In this document: positions 46,689 through 56,006 of the stretch, one piece after another
How the letters are laid out: the number at the start of each line of letters is the position of its first letter
Position numbering within the stretch: position 1 is the first letter of the stretch
Origin: Lepidodermella squamata
Taxonomy: Eukaryota; Animalia; Gastrotricha
Direction of reading: 5' to 3'
NCBI GenBank assembly: GCA_047495785.1
Contig: JBLDXI010000028.1
Span: 1,612,001-1,676,000, forward strand
Length of the DNA: 64,000 nt
The notes under the pieces: model-generated
The model's database searches: none
What the model saw: the letters and a program-made list of their open reading frames with translations, nothing else
What the model was told of the DNA's origin: nothing
Program-made: the position numbers and the translations under genes

Positions 46689-47819
46689 CTATAAGACTGT
46701 GAAAGTATTACAGGTAAAGATTACAAAAAACGCAACAGATATGGCGAGGACAAACATATCCAAACATCGAATTTTGCTTAAAGAACCAAATTTCCAGATC
46801 GCGCTGATTTTCTGTGACCATGACGGAAACCTTTGTATTAGTCCACAGCTGAGTAAGGTGTAAAACGTGAAAAACTCCGATATTTCAACGCAAACATCCA
46901 TGTAACCACCGAGCAAAGTCGGCATAGGTTTCTTTGGAAGAAAGCTCTTAAGCTGTGCATCCAGGTAACATACAGCGAGGAAGAGAGTGATAACAAAAAA
47001 GGCTCTGTCCGGGAAAATAGGGTCGATGAATATCGTAGCGATGTTCAAACAAGTGAAGAACAAGACAGGTATTAGATACGTTCCGATGTAAAAAGCAGAC
47101 CGCCTCTTAAACCTCAAAACGATATCGGCACAACTTCTGTTACCACTGGACAGGTAAATCGAAGTTAATGATGCGTTAAGACCGTTGAATATCCAATTCT
47201 CAGAGTCTGGTAGAAAGCTGTTTCTGATCGGTTCGAATTTCACTGATTCAAACGCCGCAGAATTCTCGGTCTCTTGAATGACAAAACGGAGGAGACATGC
47301 TTGTTCATCGAAAGGAAAATTCTTCAAGAATAGCTCGCAACTTGTGGAGAACAACCCGTAACGGACCCAGTTGAACTCGAGTGTCTCATTCCTCACCATT
47401 TTTACCAGAAAACGGGAATTAAATGTTGATTCCATCGAATTATCTTCTATCGCGTTTAGCAGGTTCAAGCTAGGTTTCCAATACAAATATCGATTCAAAT
47501 AAAACCATTGAACTCTTGGATACGTATAGTCCCCGCAATGAACAATCCATTGGAGACGGATTGATCCGTCGAGATACAGGGCTTCGGTAACGTCTTTGAT
47601 TCCAACGAAACGGTCTAACTGGATAGTTATCGATACTGACGTGGTATTACAAGTCATATGCCTGATCGATCCCCCTTCGATACAGGTTGGGGTATGTGCT
47701 TCGAATGAGGTATGTGGGCATTGCGAAAGCAGATCAGCTGACCTCGACACGCTCGAGATATATCGACCGTTACAAATGATGAAAAATCCAGCAATTAAGA
47801 ATTCAAGGCCAGATTTCAT
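46689..47819 (-). CDS. Intronless Cys-loop LGIC-like subunit, subfamily F
   Basis: Paralog of 42280-43437. Cys-loop CELFLKNFPFDEQAC, M2 PDRAFFVITLFLA. Confidence 0.92.
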   Translation of the reverse strand: MKSGLEFLIAGFFIICNGRYISSVSRSADLLSQCPHTSFEAHTPTCIEGGSIRHMTCNTTSVSITIQLDRFVGIKDVTEALYLDGSIRLQWIVHCGDYTYPRVQWFYLNRYLYWKPSLNLLNAIEDNSMESTFNSRFLVKMVRNETLEFNWVRYGLFSTSCELFLKNFPFDEQACLLRFVIQETENSAAFESVKFEPIRNSFLPDSENWIFNGLNASLTSIYLSSGNRSCADIVLRFKRRSAFYIGTYLIPVLFFTCLNIATIFIDPIFPDRAFFVITLFLAVCYLDAQLKSFLPKKPMPTLLGGYMDVCVEISEFFTFYTLLSCGLIQRFPSWSQKISAIWKFGSLSKIRCLDMFVLAISVAFFVIFTCNTFTVL

Positions 47820-47905
47820 AGGAAAGGATTTTTGCGAAGCAAATACAAGAATAGGTACGTCTTATGAACTAAGGATTTCGTGTTTGATTTGATGTTTATT
47901 TATCA

Positions 47906-49048
47906 TTAGTTTGAGAAGAAGCCAGACGCCGCGGCTACTCCAATTGCGTAAAGATTTATCGAAATTATGAAAACGATAGCAGCCAAAACCATGAAGTATT
48001 CAACAAAGCGATAACGAGTTGTAGTCCAGCAAATCACTCTAACCTCAACATTCGACCATTTATCCCAGGTTGCAATTACCCCGCAACTCAGAAGAGAGTA
48101 AAGAGTTACTACCCACGAGAAAAGAATGCACAAATCCGTGTAGTTACTCAGAAACATTCTCTGAGGCTTGGATGGGACAAACATCAAAATCTGACCCTGA
48201 AGGAAAGCTAAAGCAAGTAACATAGTTACTGAGAAAATTGGCCGATCAGGTAAAGCTGGCGGAATGAAAAAAGACGCGAGGTTAAGCACACTCAGTAAAA
48301 AGTAGGGCAACATAAGGCTGTTAATGAAGAAGTTGGGCTTCCGCTTAAACTCGAATGAAAAACCGACATAGCTCCGATTTCCAGACGCTAGATAGACAAT
48401 GCTTGAAGTGAAGCTGACATTTTTCAGCATCCAGTTTTCAGAATCCGACATGAATTTAGGGTTAAGAGTATATTCTACCGATGAATAAACAGCAGAATTT
48501 TCGGTTTCTAGAATGAGGAATTCGACCATGCATTTTTGTTCGTCGAACGGGAAATTCGCGAATTGAAGATCACAAGCACTAACAAAGGCGCCGTATTTCT
48601 GCCAGTTGAACTCAAGGGTGTTGTTTTTCGTCATTTTTACGAGAAATCGATTGGTAAAGCCATCCGTCATTGCGAAGTTTGTCAACGTGTTCTTGTGATT
48701 GATACTCGGCTTCCAAAACAACTCGAGCCACAGATAGGTCCATCTAGCATGAGACCAGGTATAATCTGTGCATGGAATAGTCCATAGGAAGCGGATTGAA
48801 CCAGCAAACGTGAAGGTTTCCTCGACATCGTCGATGCTGGAGAACCTTTCTATTGACAACACGAGGCTTACATTTGTCCTCTTACAGATTGCTGTGTTTA
48901 CGTTGCCGCCATCAACGCAAAGAGGGGCATATGACTCGAAGGAAACATGAGAACAATTCGTAAGGATCTCATTCATTCTGTTCTGATTGTAAACTTCTTG
49001 AGTGGCGACGATCTGAATTAAATGAAATAGGAAAAGAGATAGTTTCAT
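47906..49048 (-). CDS. Intronless Cys-loop LGIC-like subunit (D/F-related)
   Basis: Signal peptide, FWKP, Cys-loop CDLQFANFPFDEQKC, M2 PDRPIFSVTMLLA. Confidence 0.92.
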   Translation of the reverse strand: MKLSLFLFHLIQIVATQEVYNQNRMNEILTNCSHVSFESYAPLCVDGGNVNTAICKRTNVSLVLSIERFSSIDDVEETFTFAGSIRFLWTIPCTDYTWSHARWTYLWLELFWKPSINHKNTLTNFAMTDGFTNRFLVKMTKNNTLEFNWQKYGAFVSACDLQFANFPFDEQKCMVEFLILETENSAVYSSVEYTLNPKFMSDSENWMLKNVSFTSSIVYLASGNRSYVGFSFEFKRKPNFFINSLMLPYFLLSVLNLASFFIPPALPDRPIFSVTMLLALAFLQGQILMFVPSKPQRMFLSNYTDLCILFSWVVTLYSLLSCGVIATWDKWSNVEVRVICWTTTRYRFVEYFMVLAAIVFIISINLYAIGVAAASGFFSN

Positions 49049-49188
49049 AATTTCTCAAGTCCGTTTCTCAATTCAACAAAAAATTAGCTGAATTGCGTCT
49101 CAAACATATAATGAAATAGAAGCATCGCAGTATAACGATTTGTAAACATAGGTGCTTTATTGGTGCTTTATTGGTGGGTAAATTCGAG

Positions 49189-49788
49189 CTACAGGAAATT
49201 TATAGTCAGAATTTGTATCTGACTTGGAAATAGTTCGCTGCCGTTAATTACTTCCGTGAGTATATCTTTATCCGACTTAGGCCACGACGGTTTTTCTTCC
49301 ATTTTCTTCGCCGTCGAAACAGCAAGCTCACATTTCCCCAGAATTCGCACAGAAATTTCGACCTTCCGCCTTGTGCTGAGAGCTTTCTTCGACGTCTCCA
49401 AGAATTTGTAAAACGAACCAAGGGCAGTAGCAACGGGCCGGCAATGTTCTGACAGTTTCAAATTTTTATATTTGCCAGACAGTATACCTTTGTCAGGATA
49501 CTTTTCGTAATAGAAAGTAGTTCTCTCAGTTTCCAGACACGTCTCGTTCTTTTTACATTGCTCTAACAGATCGGCGTAATCTGCAGCATTGTTAGAGCAT
49601 TCTCGCAGTAAATTATCCGTAATTCGTCTACGGGTAGCCAGGTCGGTTACTCTGTTTCCGGCAAAGAACGAATCGAGAATCACGAAGATTTTGTTGCATT
49701 CTCGCTGAGCTTCGAAGATATAGGAATCAGCAGCAGCTCTGGCGGTGATAATTAGTGATGCAGTTGCAATGAGGCTTGGTAAAAGCAT
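49189..49788 (-). CDS. Secreted Cys-patterned helical orphan protein, paralog 1 (~199 aa)
   Basis: ATG at 49788 gives a signal peptide (MLLPSLIATASLIITARAAA). Clear protein homology to 51165-51899 and 52487-53113. Confidence 0.8.
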   Translation of the reverse strand: MLLPSLIATASLIITARAAADSYIFEAQRECNKIFVILDSFFAGNRVTDLATRRRITDNLLRECSNNAADYADLLEQCKKNETCLETERTTFYYEKYPDKGILSGKYKNLKLSEHCRPVATALGSFYKFLETSKKALSTRRKVEISVRILGKCELAVSTAKKMEEKPSWPKSDKDILTEVINGSELFPSQIQILTINFL

Positions 49789-49876
49789 TGTTTTGATGCG
49801 ATGAAAAAAATCAACTGAGACCAAGCTTAACATACCAAACCAGAGACCAGCCACTGAATAAAATTAGCTATGCGTT

Positions 49877-50440
49877 GCGTTGGCAGAGGACATGGTAGAG
49901 CCAAAAAGTACGCCCCACAGCACCCGGGGTGTGTTTTTTCGAGTCCGGTCTGAAAAAAAGTTCACTTGGTCCGACTCTTTTTCGAACGGTCTAAAAGCGT
50001 GCCGTGAATGTGGTGAATACCAAGAAGTGTTGCCAACATATCAAGTGAAAGGGGTTGGTTAGTTCAAAGTTGAAAGTACCTCAGAAATAACCGAAAATGA
50101 ACACAAATTAGTTGGAAGGAGCCCGGATGTGGACATATCATATCAACACCATTTACTTCTAAAAATTGTTGGCATAATACATAATATCGGGTATTCTCAG
50201 GTATTTTAAGTTGAATTTTACTCAGATTTAAACTGAACTTGCCACTAGCCACCCCCTTTCACTTGATATGTTGGCAACACTGTCTTCTTGGTCTTCACTC
50301 TATTCACGGCACATGACGCTTTCAGACCGTTCGAAAAAGAGTCGGACCAAGTGAACTTTTTTTCAGACCGGACTCAAAAAATCACACCCCGAGTGCTGTG
50401 GGGCGTACTTTTTTGGCTCTACCATGTCCTCTGCCAGCGC
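49877..50440. mobile_element. Foldback/MITE element with ~185-bp inverted repeats
   Basis: 49881-50063 (TGGCAGAGGACATGGTAGAGCC...) is the near-perfect reverse complement of 50245-50436. No clear target duplication. Confidence 0.8.
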
Positions 50441-51164
50441 CACACCCCCGGTCCGACCTTCAATGAAGCTAAAAAAGCTGGGCAAGAAGAGAGATGAGTT
50501 GTGAAGATGCGTAGTCAGGCTCGTGGAAAATTTCAACACCAACTGATATGATCTTTTGAATTTAGGTATACATTTTTATCTTCTTTTATATAGCCTCTCG
50601 TTTTACCTAGTCTCTTTCTAGGAGAAAAATAGCCGATTGGCTATTGCTGGAAAACGAAACATGAGTCACGATGCATAACAGCTTACAGCGGCGGCTAACG
50701 GCCATGTTTTGTTTTATTTTATATCTTGAGTTAACAGAACCCGATAATTGAAATCTGCAAGTCCGCTATCTCGCGGGTATGTTGGGTTTCTCCAGGTAGA
50801 AAACTTCACTTGACAGAAAGTCTCCCAAGATAAGCCTCAGGCATTGGCAAATTAAGGAAACCAATTAGGAAAATAAAATACTACTTCATAATTTCTTCCA
50901 AGCCGTGTCTCAATCATACCAGGGTGTATTTTATTGATTCGAGCTACGGAAAGTTGCTGGTTTTCGTGTAAAAAATTCACTCTGGCTTGTAAATACTGCA
51001 AAGACTTCACATATGTATATAAAAGGCAGAAGGCAGGGCCGGAATTGAACGCAGAGTTTTCGGTGGGAAAATCAAAGATAAGACAGGGCCAAAGACACGT
51101 GCTCTATGCATAGCATGATCATATTATAGAAAGGCAGTGCCAATAATTCGATAGTTTTTTGTTG

Positions 51165-51899
51165 TTAGTATGTAACTCCCATGAAAATATCCGAATTTAG
51201 CGACTGGTTTTTATCAACGGCATGCTCACACTCTGCCAAAACTCGTACAGTGATGTCGACCTTCCGCCTAGTACTGAGAGCCCTCCCCGATGTCTCCAAT
51301 GATTTGTAAAACGAACCAAGGGAACCTGCAACATGCCAGCATTGATCCGCCAGTTCGATATTTCGAGTGAGGGCGAGAGCTATCTGGCGATCTTCCTGGT
51401 TAAAGAATGCAGTTCTCTCCCGTTGCAGGCATCTTCGGTCTCTGCATCGCTCCAGTTTCTCGGCATAATCTGCGGCATTGCCGGAGCATTCTTGCAGTAT
51501 ATTATCTCTGATTCGTTTACGGATGGCGGGTTCGGCTACTTTGTTTGCAGTGAAAAACGAATCGAGGATTACGAAGATCTTGTAGCATTCTCGCTGCGCT
51601 TCCCAGATATAAGTATCATACAAAAATGCGGTCCTCTCAGTTTCCAGGCATTTGTCGTCCCCGTTACATTGCGCCAACTTCTTGGCGTAATCTTCAGAAT
51701 TCTTGGAGCATTCTTGCAGTAAATTATTCGTGATTCGACTACGCGTGGCCTGGTCAAACGGCTTGTTAGCGGCAAAGAACGAATGGAGAGTGTACAATAT
51801 CCCATTGCAGTCTCGCCGCGCTTCAACGGTATAGGAATCGGCAGATGATCCGGCGACAAGAGCTAGTGAAGCGGATACAATGAGGCTTGGTAATAACAT
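51165..51899 (-). CDS. Secreted Cys-patterned helical orphan protein, paralog 2 (internal module duplication)
   Basis: ATG at 51899 and a signal peptide. Two tandem ~70-aa modules (EA.R.C...L.SFF...NLL.EC...C...CL..ERT) plus a C-terminal related module. Confidence 0.8.
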   Translation of the reverse strand: MLLPSLIVSASLALVAGSSADSYTVEARRDCNGILYTLHSFFAANKPFDQATRSRITNNLLQECSKNSEDYAKKLAQCNGDDKCLETERTAFLYDTYIWEAQRECYKIFVILDSFFTANKVAEPAIRKRIRDNILQECSGNAADYAEKLERCRDRRCLQRERTAFFNQEDRQIALALTRNIELADQCWHVAGSLGSFYKSLETSGRALSTRRKVDITVRVLAECEHAVDKNQSLNSDIFMGVTY

Positions 51900-52486
51900 T
51901 GTTTTGTAGCGATGAAAAATACTCAACTGTTTTTCAGCTTAGCATATCAAACGAACCTGTGAATAAACCTGGGAACATGGAGAACAGAAGTCTATGCCCG
52001 GGATGTGTTGAATTGGTAAAAAAAAATTGGCTGAATTTTGTTAGAGCCAAAAAAGTCAGTTCTACAGCACCTAGTCGGCATTTAATACATCAACTTTAAA
52101 ATTGACAGTGGATGCTCGGATAAAAGTACGACAAAAAGTACAACAAATTTCGAAATACCCATGCGGGTTTTGGGGACGGCGACGGGCGATCAGCTCGAGG
52201 CCGTGGGATAAGTCGTCATGCTAAATCAAAAGCGGTTGCCTTGGGGCAAAATCAAAAATTCAACGCTCGGGTAAAACACCTTACTAACCATCAAGGATCA
52301 AGGACATACGCGGTCCCCATCGGAAGTATGCCTTAAGAACCACATGAGAACCACATGACGTGATGCATGACTGATTATACTGATTATACGTGATACCAAA
52401 TGAAGAATTATAAAGGCAAGTGTTATTACAAGGCATTTCATAAAATAAAAGATTTATTAGATTTAAATTTCGCGGCGAATAAAACG

Positions 52487-53113
52487 TCATTGAAGAAATT
52501 TGCGTCTCCAAAAGCCGCTTTGAATCGGATTCAGCAGTTTCTTAGCATCATCTCCAAGAGCAGCGCAATGAACATTTCCCTGACAAGTTGCCTTCTTTTC
52601 GTTCCAGTCATTGCTGTAGCAAGCCTTTAAAACTGAAAGCGTGAATGCTATCTTTCGTGCACGATCCAACCTCGCATGTGGTCGATTGCTTTCAGCCAAC
52701 ATGTTATCAAAAGATTCGACGGCTAGAGCTAGTTGATCACATTCTGGTTTTATCTTCACTATCGGAGATTGGCCGCTGGTTCTGTACCATTGATTCATCC
52801 TCGTAGTTGTTAGACATTGTTCTATTTTTTCATCGTTTTCGTTTTCGTAACATTTCATCAATTCTTTGGCGTATGCTTTCACCTTCCTGTCACACTCGCC
52901 CAAAATGTTGTCTCGCACTTTCTGAGCCCTGGCCTTTGTCATTTCACCCGAAGAAATGAACTGCGGCAAGAAGCTGTTCAATGCGACCATGACATCGCTA
53001 CAATCTCGCTCTGCTTGTAATAGAAAATAATTGTGACTTTTCATAGGTTGTGCAGCCAATGTATTGCTGGCTCCAACAGCGATGGCGAATGTTAGCAAAA
53101 CAAGCGATTTCAT
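52487..53113 (-). CDS. Secreted Cys-patterned helical orphan protein, paralog 3 (divergent)
   Basis: Signal peptide MKSLVLLTFAIAVGASNTLA. QAERDC...LNSFL...DNILGEC...KC...QCL matches the module of paralogs 1-2. Confidence 0.78.
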   Translation of the reverse strand: MKSLVLLTFAIAVGASNTLAAQPMKSHNYFLLQAERDCSDVMVALNSFLPQFISSGEMTKARAQKVRDNILGECDRKVKAYAKELMKCYENENDEKIEQCLTTTRMNQWYRTSGQSPIVKIKPECDQLALAVESFDNMLAESNRPHARLDRARKIAFTLSVLKACYSNDWNEKKATCQGNVHCAALGDDAKKLLNPIQSGFWRRKFLQ

Positions 53114-53645
53114 TTTAATATTAAATTCAGCTATAATTACATTGTTGCACAATCGAATGATTTAAACGGTCTTGAAAACAGTGGGGCAGGAAATTCAAGG
53201 GAAGAAATCGAAAACGAATACTTCAATGAAAATGAAAATATTAGGTGGATTCTTAGGACATGTAGAGTCTTTAGTCTTCAAGATTGCATGAGTTGACTTC
53301 GAGACTCGCTTCGCTGAAGATAATTGAGAATTCGGGAAGCTAGACTTTCACTTTACAGCAGAAATGTTTTCCCTAGCGCCAAACGTGTGAAATTACAATA
53401 ACGGTGGTATCCTTCAATGAGCATGAACCGAACCCGGCTGACACATATTATGCTAATTCACGAATGTTTATTCGCGGTCGCAAACGGCGTTCGAACGGTT
53501 GAATAATTTCGGGTCGGGGGAGCGGTAGAACAAACTTGGCAACATCGGGGCGTAGTTCAGCGGAGAAAAAAATTGGGAACATTATTCACGTCATGAAACA
53601 TGCAATGTCGATTTCATAAAAAGTCAGCGCAAGGCATGGAACATT

Positions 53646-54768
53646 CTAAGGGCGCGGCTTGCATATGTAGTGCCTGCAGCCAACGGTCGACGCGCCTCGT
53701 TTAATAAGCATCTCTGCCATAGCAAACTGCGACCCTCGAATAGCCAACATCAACGGAGTCTCTCTCTGATTATTTCGGTGATTCATATCAGCCCCACGGT
53801 CAAGCAACAGTTTCCCAACAAGAGTATGTCCTTTCCATGCTGCGAAAGATAGCGCCGAGTTGCCATCAATGTCTTCTGAATCGATGCGAGCTCCTCGGTT
53901 TAGAAGGAGCTCAACCAAGTCGCGATGCCCTGAACTTGCTGCTAAAAGGAGAGCTGTCTGGCTTCGCACATTGGGATCATCAACAGGGGCTCCTCGATTC
54001 AGCATAAGTTCAACGAATTGATAATGGCCACCGCCAGCTGCCCTTACGATTGGCGGACTAGCCCAGTGGCTGTCATAGTTGGAAACTTCGGCACCTCTGT
54101 CGAGCAGGATTTTAGCGATTTCGTAGCGGGCTGAGCTGTTGCCGTAACAGGAAGACACTCGAGCCAGAAAAGTCGCATTCAAAACAGTAAAATCAATGGG
54201 ACCATCGTCTTCACAATCATTGATAGACCGTGGATCTCTCCATTCCGCATCGAACGTGCCATTCGTGGCAGAATCAATAGCTGCAATGAGCTCTTTAGTA
54301 GAGGCGAGATCAACATTCCCGATGGCGTCACTTAGCTCAAGGTAGAGAAGGTTCAATTCCTATTTAATGCTCAAAATTGGACGAATTTTCAACATAATTT
54401 TATAAAATTACTTGATCCATGTTATCTGACGGGGCGACGCAATCTCCAGCCGCGGACCATCGACCATTAGTCAAACAATCCGTCTTGTTTGGTCCATAGG
54501 CAATGACGCCATCTGAACATTTGATAAACCAAGTAAGGTTCCACAAAGCTTCTTCTTCGGGTAATTCATAAATCCCATTTTCTAAAAAAGGTGGATCCCC
54601 ACAATCTATAACACGGCAGTATGCGAGTTTCAAAATAAATCAGAAAAGAACGGCCTCACTTTTCGGAATCAGCCCAGATTGCAGAGATCCATAGGCAAAA
54701 TCTGGAAACGTGGCTATTGTTGCTACGATGCATAACGCCAACAACATTGCTTGCTTATTTTTCATCAT
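53646..54768 (-). CDS. Signal peptide + Sushi/CCP + ankyrin-repeat protein (exons 54768-54660, 54605-54412, 54359-53646; ~338 aa)
   Basis: GT-AG introns of 54 and 52 nt join in frame. CGDPP..NG...C...C...GRWS...C Sushi pattern, then 4-5 ankyrin repeats (TALLLAASSGH..LVELLL.RGA etc.). Confidence 0.8.
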
Positions 54769-54800
54769 TCTTAGTTATGACACGTTACGTACAGCTTTAT

Positions 54801-56006
54801 TCATTCCGACTCAATAAACTTGGAAACAGAAAAAGCGTAAATATTTAAAATGAGTAAGCATAGAAGACAGGCAAAAAATGCAGGGATGTCAAATAGCCGA
54901 GCTCTTCTCATTCTGAAGGTCTTTCTGAAGTAAACGTTTGAAAAAGCTATTTTTCCCGCCATCCAACGATTTTCGTTCGTTACACCACACATTACTAAGG
55001 TGTAAACAGTACAGAACCAGGAAATTAAAGCGCAAACATCGCAGTAGTTTGTCAAAAATATTCGAGTGGGTTTAGGTGGTACCTTGCTGTCAATTTGAGA
55101 CTGCATAAAGGTCACCGCTAGCAGAATTGTAACGGTAAAAACTGGCCGATCCGGATACTCGGGCGACATGAGCATAGAGAATAATTCCAGGGTGGCCAGG
55201 AACAAAGTTGGGAGCATCAGATTATAGATGAAGTAATCGGGCCTTCGATGGAACGTGAAACTGAATATCGCGACACTTCGATTTCCTTCCATATCCATAA
55301 CGCCTAGCCTAGAGCTGCTTCTAACAAAAGACCACCCTTGACCATCCCTCACGAAATCTGGTTGAATATGAAGCACCGTGTTATTGAAACGAGCCCCCAT
55401 GTAAGTCTCCTGTAGCATTAAGATGACAGAACATTCTTGTTGGTCGAATGGGAAGTTTCTCAGATTCAATGCGCAGGATGAAGAAAAGATACCATAACGC
55501 TGCCAAACAAACGTTAAACTGTAGTTTCGCGTCATTTTGCAGTACATCCGGCTTGCAAAACCATCCATCATTCCATAGTTTGTAACCGTATTTTTGTGAT
55601 TTACCTTGGGTCTCCAAACCGAACTTTCATCGACGTAGAATATATACTGAGGGCCGGGCCAAAAGAAATTGGAGCATGGTACGTCCCAGTTAGTCCTCAA
55701 TGATCCGGAGACAGTCCACGTCTCCTGAACTTCGTCGATTTCATAAAAAGTCTCGAGATTCATGAGGGCTGTAACATTGGTGAGTCTGCATGTTGGCGGC
55801 CCCACTCCGAAATCGAACATGTTATCGATGCAGTTCGGAACATAGCATTGTGGCATCACGTGGCTGCAGTTTGTCAACAACTCTGCGAGCCTACTGTGAC
55901 CTGGAAGATCATTTTGCTGTGCTTGGATATTAATGAAATGCCATTGTGGCAGCAGGAGGAATGCTGCAGCCAATGCTAGGGGTGAATTGTAAACAACAAA
56001 AACCAT
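54801..56006 (-). CDS. Intronless Cys-loop LGIC-like subunit, subfamily E
   Basis: Cys-loop CALNLRNFPFDQQEC, M2 PDRPVFTVTILLA. Confidence 0.92.
   Translation of the reverse strand: MVFVVYNSPLALAAAFLLLPQWHFINIQAQQNDLPGHSRLAELLTNCSHVMPQCYVPNCIDNMFDFGVGPPTCRLTNVTALMNLETFYEIDEVQETWTVSGSLRTNWDVPCSNFFWPGPQYIFYVDESSVWRPKVNHKNTVTNYGMMDGFASRMYCKMTRNYSLTFVWQRYGIFSSSCALNLRNFPFDQQECSVILMLQETYMGARFNNTVLHIQPDFVRDGQGWSFVRSSSRLGVMDMEGNRSVAIFSFTFHRRPDYFIYNLMLPTLFLATLELFSMLMSPEYPDRPVFTVTILLAVTFMQSQIDSKVPPKPTRIFLTNYCDVCALISWFCTVYTLVMCGVTNENRWMAGKIAFSNVYFRKTFRMRRARLFDIPAFFACLLCLLILNIYAFSVSKFIESE

Noticed and set aside
2075-56006. Assigning canonical nAChR, 5-HT3 or GABA/Gly receptor gene symbols
   Set aside because: Ligand-site residues and the intracellular loop are absent and the copies form a lineage-specific array. 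No orthology can be supported from sequence alone.
2075-56006. Bacterial (ELIC/GLIC-like) origin or contamination, suggested by intronless, short, tightly packed genes
   Set aside because: The disulfide Cys-loop with FPFDxQxC is animal-type, and the genes are interleaved with spliceosomal-intron genes, LINEs and MITEs.
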